From assembly GCA_963777645.1 (NCBI GenBank), contig CAVZRA010000013.1, positions 86,514 through 150,513 on the forward strand: DNA of 64,000 bases, given 5' to 3'. The stretch comes from an uncultured bacterium. Its GTDB lineage: Bacteria > Actinomycetota > Acidimicrobiia > Spongiisociales > UBA5794. The notes under the pieces were generated by a model that searched no databases, was not told where the DNA came from, and was given only the letters and a program-made list of their open reading frames with translations. The first letter of the stretch is position 1, and every line of letters starts with the position of its first letter. Shown here one piece after another: positions 45,809 to 55,519 of the stretch. Both the position numbers and the translations under genes were made by a program.

Positions 45809-47242
45809 ATGAGCTTGGCTTCTGACTTGGGCACATGTGACCTGCTACTCGACGGTGGGGTCGTCATCACTATCGATGACGCCAAGCGCGTTATCGACAA
45901 CGGTGGGGTCGCGATCAAGGGTGACCGAATCGTTGCGGTTGGCGACTCGGCGGAGTTGGCCGCATATCGCCACGACGCGACTCGGATAGTCGACTGTAGC
46001 AACAGAGTCATCATGCCCGGCCTCACCGACGGCCACACCCACCTGTTCCAAACGTTGGGACGAGGTATGGGTGACGGGCTCAGTCTTGTACCCTGGCTTC
46101 GTCGATTCATGTTCCCCTACGCGAAAACCATCTCTGGTGACGTAGCGGCGGCAGGCGCTCGGCTCGGCGCCCTCCAGGCGGCCCTATCCGGTACGACCGT
46201 CGTAGTCGACAATCACTATGGCCCAACAGACACATCCACCACACTCGCAGTCGCCGCAGGGATTGAGAGCGTCGGCATTCGTGGTGCGGTTGCCCGCGGC
46301 ATCTTCGGAAAACCCAACCGCGGTGGTGAGATCATGGGAGTTGCACCAGAGCTCTTCCCCTGGACAAACGACGAAGAGCTCGCCATTACCAAGGAATGTA
46401 TCGATGCCAGACCGGCGGGGTCCAAGGTGGAGATCTGGCCGGGTCCCGAGAATGTCGTGTACGTAACGCCAGAACTGATCGCCGGATCAGCCGAGCTAGC
46501 CGAGAATGCGGGTGTTCGCTGGCACATGCACTGCTCCGAATCATCGTCCGAGATCGAATTCTTCGAGTCGATATTCGGTATACGGCCGGTTGCCTGGCTG
46601 GCTCGAGAAGGCCTACTGACCCATAGGACCACACTGGCCCACGCCATCTGGCTCGATGACGACGAGGTGTCGGCACTCGGCGAGAACCATTCCACCACAG
46701 TCCACAATCCCGTCTCGAACCAATATCTCGCCTCGGGAGTGATGCGTCTCCAGCCGCTGCAGAGCGCCGGGGCGAATGTTGCGCTCGGCACCGACGGCAT
46801 CGCCGTTACCGGACAGGACATGTTCGAGGCGATGAAGGCAGGGACGTTGCTCCATCGAGTCCACCACCTGGATCCAGAAGCAACAACCGTAGAGCAGTTC
46901 ATTGAGATCGCGGCAGCAGGCGGCTCGGCGATGACCGGCATCGATGCCGGAACGCTGACGCCAGGTCGTCTTGCCGACATCGTCGTTGTCGATGTCGACA
47001 AGGTTCGTCACACCCCATGGAACCGCCCGGTAGCATCCATCGTCCACTGCGGAAGAGCGGCGGACGTCGACATGACAATCGTGGGCGGCGAGATCATTGT
47101 CGAAAACGGCAAGTCAACTCAGGTCGATGAGGACGAAGTCCGTGCGACCGCCACGGAAGCGGCAGAGCGACTCATCGCCGATGCCGATCTTTCGGGACTT
47201 ACCCGGGGCTGGTTCTCGCCGAACGCCCATCACCAGCAGTAG
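45809..47242 (+). CDS. TRZ/ATZ-family amidohydrolase (paralog of 28174-29586)
   Basis: 'MPGLTDGHTHLFQ' and 'WHMHCSE'. AAGGAG RBS before ATG 45809. Confidence 0.85.
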   Translation: MSLASDLGTCDLLLDGGVVITIDDAKRVIDNGGVAIKGDRIVAVGDSAELAAYRHDATRIVDCSNRVIMPGLTDGHTHLFQTLGRGMGDGLSLVPWLRRFMFPYAKTISGDVAAAGARLGALQAALSGTTVVVDNHYGPTDTSTTLAVAAGIESVGIRGAVARGIFGKPNRGGEIMGVAPELFPWTNDEELAITKECIDARPAGSKVEIWPGPENVVYVTPELIAGSAELAENAGVRWHMHCSESSSEIEFFESIFGIRPVAWLAREGLLTHRTTLAHAIWLDDDEVSALGENHSTTVHNPVSNQYLASGVMRLQPLQSAGANVALGTDGIAVTGQDMFEAMKAGTLLHRVHHLDPEATTVEQFIEIAAAGGSAMTGIDAGTLTPGRLADIVVVDVDKVRHTPWNRPVASIVHCGRAADVDMTIVGGEIIVENGKSTQVDEDEVRATATEAAERLIADADLSGLTRGWFSPNAHHQQ

Positions 47243-47258
47243 CGGAGGGAAAACAGCG

Positions 47259-48071
47259 ATGACCACCAAGACGCCGAGTGTTAGGCACCTCTACACAACC
47301 GGAGCCTCCGAGAATCGTTTGCATTACATCGATTTTGGTGGAACCGGCCGGCCGCTGATCGCCATGCATGGCGTTACCGGAAACGCTTGGAATTGGTACA
47401 AGGTGGCAGAGGGACTGACCGATCGCCGACACGTCTATGCGCTCGATTTCCGGGGCTACGGTGAAAGCCAATGGTCATCCGAGGGCGCCTACACCACGTC
47501 CGACCATGTTGCTGATCTGGGCGCTGTACTCGACTCGCTTGGGGCGCCCGTCGTAGACCTCATCGGATCGTCATGGGGTGCGCTAGTAGCAATCCAATAC
47601 GCCGCAGAGAGCCCCGATCGTGTTGGCCAGCTAGTCGTGGTCGACGTTGAGGCATCCTTCGCCCAGGGAGAAACCGATCTCTTCCCACGCCCGACGAGCT
47701 ATGCCGGCATCAACGAGGTAGCTGCCGGAGAAGCCCAACGCAACCCGAATGCCACCCCCGAAATGGTGGCAATGATGACTGCGACTTGCTACACCCCCGG
47801 AGCTGAAGGCACCCTCGTGCCAAAGCACGATCCGTACTTCTTCAAGCGATGGCCGTTTCGCTCAGACGACCACTGGGAGCTGCTCGAGACGATAAAGGCA
47901 CCAACTCTGCTACTCCACGCAGCCAGCAGCTTTGTCAACGGTGCAACCATGGAGAAGATGGCAGACCGAATCCCCAACGCACTCCTCGTTGAGATTGCCG
48001 AGAGTGGCCACGCCGTACCCGTGGAGAACCCTGCTGGAATCGTCGCCGCCGCAGCCTCGTTCCTCGAATAG
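47259..48071 (+). CDS. Alpha/beta-fold hydrolase
   Basis: 'LIAMHGVTGNAWNW' and the nucleophile elbow 'GSSWG'. ATG 47259 follows GGAGGGAAAACAGCG. Confidence 0.8.
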   Translation: MTTKTPSVRHLYTTGASENRLHYIDFGGTGRPLIAMHGVTGNAWNWYKVAEGLTDRRHVYALDFRGYGESQWSSEGAYTTSDHVADLGAVLDSLGAPVVDLIGSSWGALVAIQYAAESPDRVGQLVVVDVEASFAQGETDLFPRPTSYAGINEVAAGEAQRNPNATPEMVAMMTATCYTPGAEGTLVPKHDPYFFKRWPFRSDDHWELLETIKAPTLLLHAASSFVNGATMEKMADRIPNALLVEIAESGHAVPVENPAGIVAAAASFLE

Positions 48072-48097
48072 CAGGGATCACCAGAACCTCGACTCTA

Positions 48098-48114
48098 TAT
48101 TGCTTAGATCAATA
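48098..48114. promoter_or_regulatory. Operator-like site J: TATTGC-TTAGA-TCAATA
   Basis: 11 of 12 matches. It lies 83 nt upstream of the second corrinoid-protein gene. Confidence 0.5.
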
Positions 48115-48196
48115 TTCATGTAGTAGGCTACGGGCAGATGGCTGATGAACCTATGGACAGCCCCATGTAGAAGCCTTCGAGTCAAGGAGCCAAGCA

Positions 48197-48895
48197 ATGG
48201 GTAGCCCAAATGAGTACGAGAGCCTCAGGCAGGCGATCCTGGAGGGGGACGAGCAAGCAGCGGCTGCAATCGGCCACGAAGTGGCCGCCGCCGCTGAGAA
48301 CCCTCTCGGTGCCGTAGAAGTCGCCTCCAATGTGATCCGAGAAGTTGGCGACAAGTTCGGAACAGGAGAGCTATTCCTTCCCGAAATGGTGCTGGCCGCT
48401 GAGGCAATGCAGGCTTTCATGGCCGAAGTCTCCGCTCGACTCGAAGCAGAGGCCGGTGAGGGCGGCAGCCGGAAACGCGGCAAAGTGGTAATTGGGACCG
48501 TACAGGGCGACATCCATAGTATTGGAAAGAACATCGTTGCAACCATGCTGGGCGCGGCCGGCTATGAGGTTGTCGACCTCGGCGTCAATGTGGGCCCCAT
48601 GGAAGCGATCCAGGCCGCCGAGAAAAGCGGCGCATCTTTCATCGGTCTATCGGCTCTAATGACGACGTCCATGCCGTATCAAAAGGAAGTCGTTGACCTC
48701 CTCAACGAGCTCAACCAGCGAGACGATTTCTTCGTCCTCATCGGCGGTGGACCGGTCACACGAGAGTACGCCGACGACATAAACGCCAACGGTTGGGCAG
48801 CGGATGCAGCGGCAGCCGTGCAAGTGTGCGATCGGCTCGCTTCGGGCGATACCACGCCTTCCGACACCAATCTCGTCTACGTAGTGGCGGAGTGA
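48197..48895 (+). CDS. Cobalamin-binding corrinoid protein, cassette 2
   Basis: 'GDIHSIGKN' (DxHxxG), 'SALMTTS' and 'VLIGGGPV'. AAGGAG RBS. Confidence 0.85.
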   Translation: MGSPNEYESLRQAILEGDEQAAAAIGHEVAAAAENPLGAVEVASNVIREVGDKFGTGELFLPEMVLAAEAMQAFMAEVSARLEAEAGEGGSRKRGKVVIGTVQGDIHSIGKNIVATMLGAAGYEVVDLGVNVGPMEAIQAAEKSGASFIGLSALMTTSMPYQKEVVDLLNELNQRDDFFVLIGGGPVTREYADDINANGWAADAAAAVQVCDRLASGDTTPSDTNLVYVVAE

Positions 48896-48898
48896 ACA

Positions 48899-50281
48899 AT
48901 GAAACTTGAACGTATTTTGGACGTGCTGGACCGCGCTCACAACGGGCCGGTCTACAAGGAACGCGAATTCAACCTGAACGTGGTCGCGAGCACCATCGCC
49001 GCCAAGGTCAAGAAGTTTGGCCTCGCCGGGACTGTCGATACTGAGAACCCCATCGGGAGCAACGACGAGCTCGCCGACCGTTTCTATCAGGCGGGTTTCG
49101 AAGCTGCAGTGGAGATCGGTCTCCTCTGCGGCGACACGAATCGGGCGATTCGCTTCAACGCAGAAGAACTCCAGGGACTAGTCGATGAGGCACCCAGTGA
49201 GTTCTGGCTTGGCGAAGGCGACCAGAGAGTCCATTTTCAGCATCGCGGGCTGAACGACCCCACGACGCCGGTATGGACGGTACCGCTCAGCATTGTGGTG
49301 TCCGAGGACATCTTTGTCGATATGGTCCACGGCCTGGCCGCGATCGATGTCGTCGATTGCCTCGAAGGGCCTTCCCTGGAAACTGTCTACGGACGGCCGC
49401 TTCGTTCCGGATCACCGTACGAACATCTTGCGGGCCGGTATCAGGCCGATCTGATGTACGAGGGGATCAAGAGAGCAGGGCGAGTCGGAATGCCGATGGA
49501 TGCCATCGGCTCATCGACAACGCACTACGGGCTCCTGGGAGGCTATGGCGTTGAGGGTGGATACCGCCCCAAGTACGACCTTGTGACCATCCTGTCCATC
49601 GGCGATTTCTGGACCTCTTACGAGTCGCTCTTCAAGCTGACCCAGGTGTATGTTGCCGGTGGCGAACACATCTCAGCGTCATCCTGGGTGATGCTCGGCG
49701 GCTATGCCGGCGGCCCGGAAGGCACCGCGGTCGCCTCGGTCGCCTACACACTTCTCATGTACGCAGTGTTCCAGGGATCACGAGGCGGCGTGCCTCCGTT
49801 TGATATCTCCTATATGGGTAACTCTGGCAGACGGGCGCAATGGGCATTGAGTGTTTCCAACCAGGCGATCACACGTAACACCAACAACGTATATCACTCG
49901 ATCGCCAACCAGGTGGCGGGTCCCGGCACCGAAATGCTGCTCTACGAGAGCTTGGTCGGAATGACCACCATGGCTGTCACCGGTGTCACCAATGTCGTCG
50001 GGACTCGCTCCGCAGGCGGCCGGCTCACCGACTACCTGACACCTCTCGAGCACCAGTTCGCCGGCGAGGTCTTCAAGGCCGCAGCCGGGCTGAGCCGCGA
50101 GCAAGGTAATGAGATCGCCAGGAAGTTCATCCCCAAGTACGAAGATCAACTCGTCGCCAAGCCAGACGGGCGCTCCTTCCAGGAGCTATACGACATCGAC
50201 ACGCTGACACCGATTCCCGAGTGGCAAGCCATGTACGACAAGGTGAAGCAAGAAGCAATCGACGCAGGTCTACCGCTCTAG
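48899..50281 (+). CDS. MtmB-family methyltransferase without pyrrolysine, copy 2 (divergent paralog)
   Basis: 460 aa with no in-frame TAG. It is collinear with copy 1 and with archaeal MtmB ('ADRFYQAGFEAAVEIGLLCGDTNR', 'AGRVGMPMD', 'AGPGTEMLLYES', 'LTPIPEWQAMYDKVKQEAIDAGLPL'). Confidence 0.8.
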   Translation: MKLERILDVLDRAHNGPVYKEREFNLNVVASTIAAKVKKFGLAGTVDTENPIGSNDELADRFYQAGFEAAVEIGLLCGDTNRAIRFNAEELQGLVDEAPSEFWLGEGDQRVHFQHRGLNDPTTPVWTVPLSIVVSEDIFVDMVHGLAAIDVVDCLEGPSLETVYGRPLRSGSPYEHLAGRYQADLMYEGIKRAGRVGMPMDAIGSSTTHYGLLGGYGVEGGYRPKYDLVTILSIGDFWTSYESLFKLTQVYVAGGEHISASSWVMLGGYAGGPEGTAVASVAYTLLMYAVFQGSRGGVPPFDISYMGNSGRRAQWALSVSNQAITRNTNNVYHSIANQVAGPGTEMLLYESLVGMTTMAVTGVTNVVGTRSAGGRLTDYLTPLEHQFAGEVFKAAAGLSREQGNEIARKFIPKYEDQLVAKPDGRSFQELYDIDTLTPIPEWQAMYDKVKQEAIDAGLPL

Positions 50282-50353
50282 GAGTTCCTATCCTCGGACC
50301 TATCTCGCTCAAAGCACGACTACGGTGCGTGAACGCCATTCAGAGGGCTTCCT

Positions 50354-52424
50354 ATGGATGAAACGACACGCACCGAGTCATTTACCCTGGTCTTTCAACC
50401 TTCCGGCGCTCGAGGAAAGGTCGAGGCTGGGACCAGTATTAGACGTGCGGCAACCGACCTCGGAGTGGAGATCGAGAGCATCTGCGCCGACGCTGCCACC
50501 TGCGGCAAGTGCCGGGTCTTGATCGAAGACGGCCACTTTGGCAGCATTACCTCGTCACCGGACCATGCTTCCGAGATGCGATCCACCGAGGAGTTGTGGA
50601 TCACCAAACGGGCCAAGACCTGGGTCAAGATGGGTCTCGACCCCGACCGCCTGCGGCTGTCGTGCCAGGCCAAAGTCCAAGGGGACATGGTGGTGTTTGT
50701 CCCTGAGTCAAGCCGGGGCAACCGACAGATCATTCGTAAGGCCGCAACCGACCGCCACATCGAAATCCACCCCGCTGTTCGGCGCTACTACCTGGAGCTA
50801 GACCCGGCAACACTCGAAGACCCTCTTGGAGATCTCGAACGGGTCTCCCGAAGTCTGGTGGCAGCCATGACAAGGATCCACGGTAAGCCGGGCTGGGTCG
50901 AACCCGATCCCAACGACATCTGGTTCGATTTCCCCGTCATCCGGACGATGGGTGCCGTCATTCGCGAGGCCGATTGGAAGGTGTCGCTAACGGTATGGCA
51001 GAACCGCGAGGTTATCGACATTCGGCCTGGATACAGCGAGGACCTATACGGGATCGCCGTTGATGTCGGTAGCACCGCGATTGCCATCTACATCTGCAAT
51101 CTCATCACGGGTGAGGTGGTTGACACCGATTCGATGATGAATCCACAGACCGCGTTTGGCGACGACATCATGTCCCGCATGACCTATGAGAATGAGCACG
51201 AAGACGGTCTCGCCATCCTTCATGATGCCGTATTGTCGGGGCTCAGCAAGCTGATCGCTAGAGCTCTACGAGCCAACCGCATCAAGGCAATTGATGTTCA
51301 TGAATTGACTGTGGTCGGCAACACAACCATGCAGCATCTGCTGCTCGGAATCTCCACCAAGTACCTCAGCACAGTGCCGTTTGTCCCGACCTCGCATCGT
51401 GCCTTCGACATCAAGGCTCGCGATCTGCCGATCGTGGCCAACCCCAACGCCAACATCCACGTTCTACCGATCGCGGCCAGCTTTGTCGGCGCCGATGCGA
51501 TGGCAGTTGCCATCGCAGAAGAGCCGCACAAGCAAGACGAGATCCTGCTCATTATCGACATTGGGACCAACGCTGAGCTCATCGCCGGAAACCGCGAGCG
51601 ACTGGTGTGTACATCAACACCTACCGGGCCGGCGTTCGAGGGTGCTCACATAGAATATGGCATGCGAGCGGCAGACGGCGCTCTGGAGCGGATCGAGATC
51701 GATCCGGAGACTTTCGAACCGCGTTACCGGGTTATCGGGACCAAGGGTTGGGGACCGGACCAGCTCGAGAGTGACGAACCAACCGATCGACGGCGGCCCG
51801 GTCAAAGGCATTTGTGGCTCCGCAATCATCGACGGCGTCGCCGAGATGTTCCGGACAGGGATCATCACACCACGCGGCCATTTCAACAAGGACCTGGACT
51901 CGGAGCGGATCCGCCAGGGTGAGCTGGGCTGGGAATACGTGGTGGCGTGGGCTGACGAGACCTCGATCGGCAGGGATATCCCGATCACACTGGACGATGT
52001 GCGTCAGATCCAACTAGCCAAGGCCGCCCTGTATACGGCTTCGCACATACTGCTCAGAGAATTAGGCGTCACGACCCCGGACAAAATCATTCTGGCCGGC
52101 GCCTTTGGCTCCCATATCGACAAGACCCGGGCAATGATCCTCGGTATGATCCCCAACTGCCCGCTTGATCGAGTGTTCTCAGTCGGAAACGCCGCAGGCG
52201 ATGGTGCTCGAATCGCCCTTCTCAACCGATACAAGCGACTCGAGGCTCAGGAGATAGCTCGAACCATCACCCGCGTTGAGCTGCCCGTCGACCCGGACTT
52301 TCAAAGCGAATACATGCAGGCGCTCAACTTCCCCCACATGGTGCACGAGTTCACCTCGATCGCCGATCTCATCCCTGCCTACAAGGCCGACCCGATGGCA
52401 GCAAAGCTCAGCAACTCTCGCTAA
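50354..52424 (+). pseudogene. RamA/RACE-type corrinoid reductive activase (N-terminal 2Fe-2S ferredoxin + ASKHA ATPase) with one frameshift near 51780
   Basis: N-terminal 'CGKCRV...LSCQA'. The ASKHA part is 'GIAVDVGSTAIA' and 'IDIGTNAEL'. Frame 2 is good to about 'GWGPDQLES', then frame 0 continues with 'PIDGGPVKGICGSAIIDGVAEMF...FGSHID...GNAAGDGA'. Confidence 0.75.
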
Positions 52425-52496
52425 GCGATTTCAAATACGCTTTCGCCATCCGTACGCGGCAACTATTCAAGGGCACCCTAGAACGACGGTGGTGAG

Positions 52497-53093
52497 CTAA
52501 CGAATAAAAACCGCGCAGTGCCATTTCCCGTGTTGTGCCACCCGTGTGGCCGACCCGACGGGATAGGTGTAGGCGTCACCTGCCTCGAGCTCAACCGTGT
52601 CGTAACCGCTCAGAGCGACGGAAATCGATCCATCCAGGACGTAGATCATCTCTTCGCCCTCGTGGGCAAGTTCGCAACCCGATTCGGCGCCCTCTTCTGC
52701 CGTAATGAGATTCGTCTCGACGTGATGGTGGGCCCCCTCGACGAGGAAGTAAGCACACGCTCCATGCCCCAGTTGGTAACGGCGGGTGGCCGCACCCCGT
52801 ACCAGGCTCACCTCAGTCGAGACGGCGGGCTGGAGCAGGACTTGCGCCGATGTTCCGAGTGCGGCGGCAACCTGATGCAACGCCAGGAGACTCGGCATCG
52901 CCTTGCCATTCTCCAACTGGCTGAGAAATGGCTGTGACAAGCCACACATGTCGGCTAATTGTTGGAGCGTGAGACCTCGAGCCTTGCGATGCTCTCGGAG
53001 CGCCTGACCGAGTGACACCGCCAACTCATCACCGTCCACCGACACAGCGGCAGAGGCATCATTACCAGATTGTGGGTCTTGTTGTGTGATCAT
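52497..53093 (-). CDS. XRE-family HTH regulator with C-terminal cupin domain
   Basis: 'LGQALREHRKARGLTLQQLADMCGLSQPFLSQLENGK' is the HTH, and the cupin region is 'HEGEEMIYVLDGSI'. ATG 53093 avoids an Arg-rich extension and an overlap with the upstream gene. Confidence 0.8.
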   Translation of the reverse strand: MITQQDPQSGNDASAAVSVDGDELAVSLGQALREHRKARGLTLQQLADMCGLSQPFLSQLENGKAMPSLLALHQVAAALGTSAQVLLQPAVSTEVSLVRGAATRRYQLGHGACAYFLVEGAHHHVETNLITAEEGAESGCELAHEGEEMIYVLDGSISVALSGYDTVELEAGDAYTYPVGSATRVAQHGKWHCAVFIR

Positions 53094-53098
53094 ATCAG

Positions 53099-53115
53099 TA
53101 TCGACTATACCAATA
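53099..53115. promoter_or_regulatory. Operator-like site K: TATCGA-CTATA-CCAATA
   Basis: 10 of 12 matches. It lies 6 nt upstream of the XRE-cupin ATG, which suggests a leaderless transcript or autoregulation. Confidence 0.4.
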
Positions 53116-53202
53116 CCCCGGCCACTCCGCGATTGCTCGAATCGAAGAAGTCTACCGGTGTCGAGTTGGTCAGCCGATCTCGCCAACTGTCCGGTCGAGC
53201 GC

Positions 53203-55519
53203 CTACTCCCGTGCCGCAATAGCCGTCGCCAGCCGCTGAGGCGTGATCGGAATCTGAGTTATCGCAATGCCAGCGGCGTCTGCAACTGCGTTCGCAATCG
53301 CGGGACCTGGACCGAGGATGGGATGTTCCCCGATGCCTTTGGCGCCGAATGGACCCAACGCATCAGGCACCTCGATCAGGGAGGTCTTTATCCGAGGCAT
53401 GTCGAGGATCGTGGGTAGTCGATAGTCAACGAGATTGGGGTTCAGGATTCGTCCATCCTCGATCATCACCTCTTCCCAAAGGCTACCGCCGAGACCCTGA
53501 GCGATGGCTCCTTCGATCTGGCCTACCAAGGCCATCGGGTTTATAGCCTTGCCGACGTCGTGGGACGCGGTATAGCCAAGGATCGTCACCTGACCGGTCT
53601 GTGGATCGATTTCGACCTCGGCGATGTGGGTCCCGAATCCAAATGTCGGGTAAAGGCCTTCGGCGAACCCACCGCCAATTGGCTCATCGTGGTGACCATA
53701 GGCCGACCATGAGCCAACGCCAATCAGTGGTCCACCAAATCCATAGATCGAGGTTTCTGCTACAGCCTGTAACGTCATCCCGACTTCGGGTTCCGATCGC
53801 TTGTAGGCGCGCCCTCCCGAGACGGTGATGTCACTCTCCCGGCATCCCAACGCTCGAGCCGCACATTCCGCGATCTTGGCATAGAGGTCCTCACTCGCCA
53901 GCCGCACGGCGCTCCCGTTGTCGAAGACGGTTCGGCTTGCAATCGAGCCGAGGTCAAACGCGGTGTGATCGGAATCGGGGGCGGCCACCGAGATTTGATT
54001 CATAGACACTCCGAGCACTTCGGCAGCAATCTGAGATAGAACCGTGTGTGTCCCGGTTCCGATTTCAACGGCAGCCGTCGTGATCGAAATTGTCCCGTCC
54101 TCGGCGAGATGAACATTTGCCGAAGACGACAGCAAGCCGACCGTCTTGACAACATTTGCGATACCGATACCCCGATTGGGACCGAGCTTGCCCTTCTTGT
54201 CCCAGTAGCCAGAATTGTCTAGCGCCTGCTCCATCGTCTCTCTGATATGCACATCATGAAGCGTTGCTCCAGAAATCAATTCGTCCCCGTTAGCCACCAG
54301 GTTCGCCAATCGCAGCTCAGCAGGGTCAATGGCCAACTCCTTAGCCATGGCATCGAGATGGGTCTCGAGCGCAAACACCGCTTGAATCGTGCCATACCCG
54401 CGCATACAGCCGTGGTCGGGGTTGTTGGTATAGACCGCGCGGGTCCTCACCTTCCAGTTGGGAAACCGGTAGACCCCCTCCGATGAACTCAGCGCATGAC
54501 TAGCCGTGCCTATCACGTGGTCGGAGAACCCCCCGGCATCGGCAACGATATCGATATCTCCACCGGTCAACCTACCGTCGCGAGTAGCGCCGAGCTTCAC
54601 CCTGATACTGAACGGAGCTCGGCCGTTGGCCGCAATGAACTCTTCGCTCCGCGTCATCGCCAGCCGAACGGGCAGTCCCGTCTTCAGAGCTAGTAGCGCA
54701 GTCAATGGTTCCAGATTGCTCTTGAGCTTTCCTCCGAAACCTCCTCCGCATTCGAGCGGTACTACTTTGACCTCACCCATCGACATCCCTAGCGCCATCG
54801 CCAATTCCGCATGGCACACGCTCAGTTGCTGGGTAGCAGTCCAAACGGTGAGACGGCCCCGGTGGTCAAAACCCGCTACGCATGCGTGCGGTTCGATGGG
54901 CGCTTGATTGATGGCGCCGGTTCGGTACACACGTTCCAAGACAACGTCAGACTCCGCAAAGGCCTTGTCGACGTCGCCCCGTTCCAACTGGGCTTCCATG
55001 CATACGTTCCCGTACCTGATGTACGGAAAGACCGCTGCATAGTCGGCAAGGTCGGGATGCAACTGGGGAGCGTCGTGCGCCAGTGCGGCATCGGTATCCA
55101 ATATGGGCTCACGGTCCTCGTAGGTAACCGCGATGAGACCGAGAGCCTGCTCTGCGACGCTTTCACTCACTGCAGCAACAGCAGCAACGCGATCGCCGAT
55201 GTACTTGACCTCGCCCTTAGCAAGGATCGTCTTGTCCTTCAGGTAGATCCCGTAGCGGGTATCTGGGGCATCGTCACCGGTGATGACGGCTTTGACGCCG
55301 GGAAGAGCGAGAGCCTTGCTGACGTCGATATCGACAATGCGTGCGTACGGCCTATCGCTGAAGAGGATCTTGGCATGCAACATGCCCGTCAGGTAAAAGT
55401 CGGTGCTGTACTTGGAGGCTCCAGTGACTTTGGCAATGCTGTCGATCTCTGGTCACCGACTTGCCGACGACCTTGTACTCGGGCTTCGATACCTGCTTGT
55501 GTGTTTTCGAGGTGGTCAT
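53203..55519 (-). pseudogene. Xanthine-dehydrogenase-family molybdopterin-binding large subunit with one frameshift near 55447
   Basis: ATG 55519 overlaps the FeS-subunit stop (ATGA) and encodes 'MTTSKTHKQVSKPEYKVVGKSVTR'. Deleting one base at about 55447 joins it to 'IDSIAKVTGASKYSTDFYLTGMLHAKILFS...'. The uninterrupted ORF is 53203-55383. Confidence 0.8.

Noticed and set aside
34438-50281. Pyrrolysine (TAG) recoding in the MtmB-like genes, and selenocysteine (TGA) recoding at interrupted genes.
   Set aside because: Both MtmB-like ORFs are uninterrupted, so they have no amber codon. The TGA at 55453-55455 and the other interruptions are resolved by single-base deletions that restore conserved sequence. 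Upstream sequence in the stop-containing frame is not protein-like.
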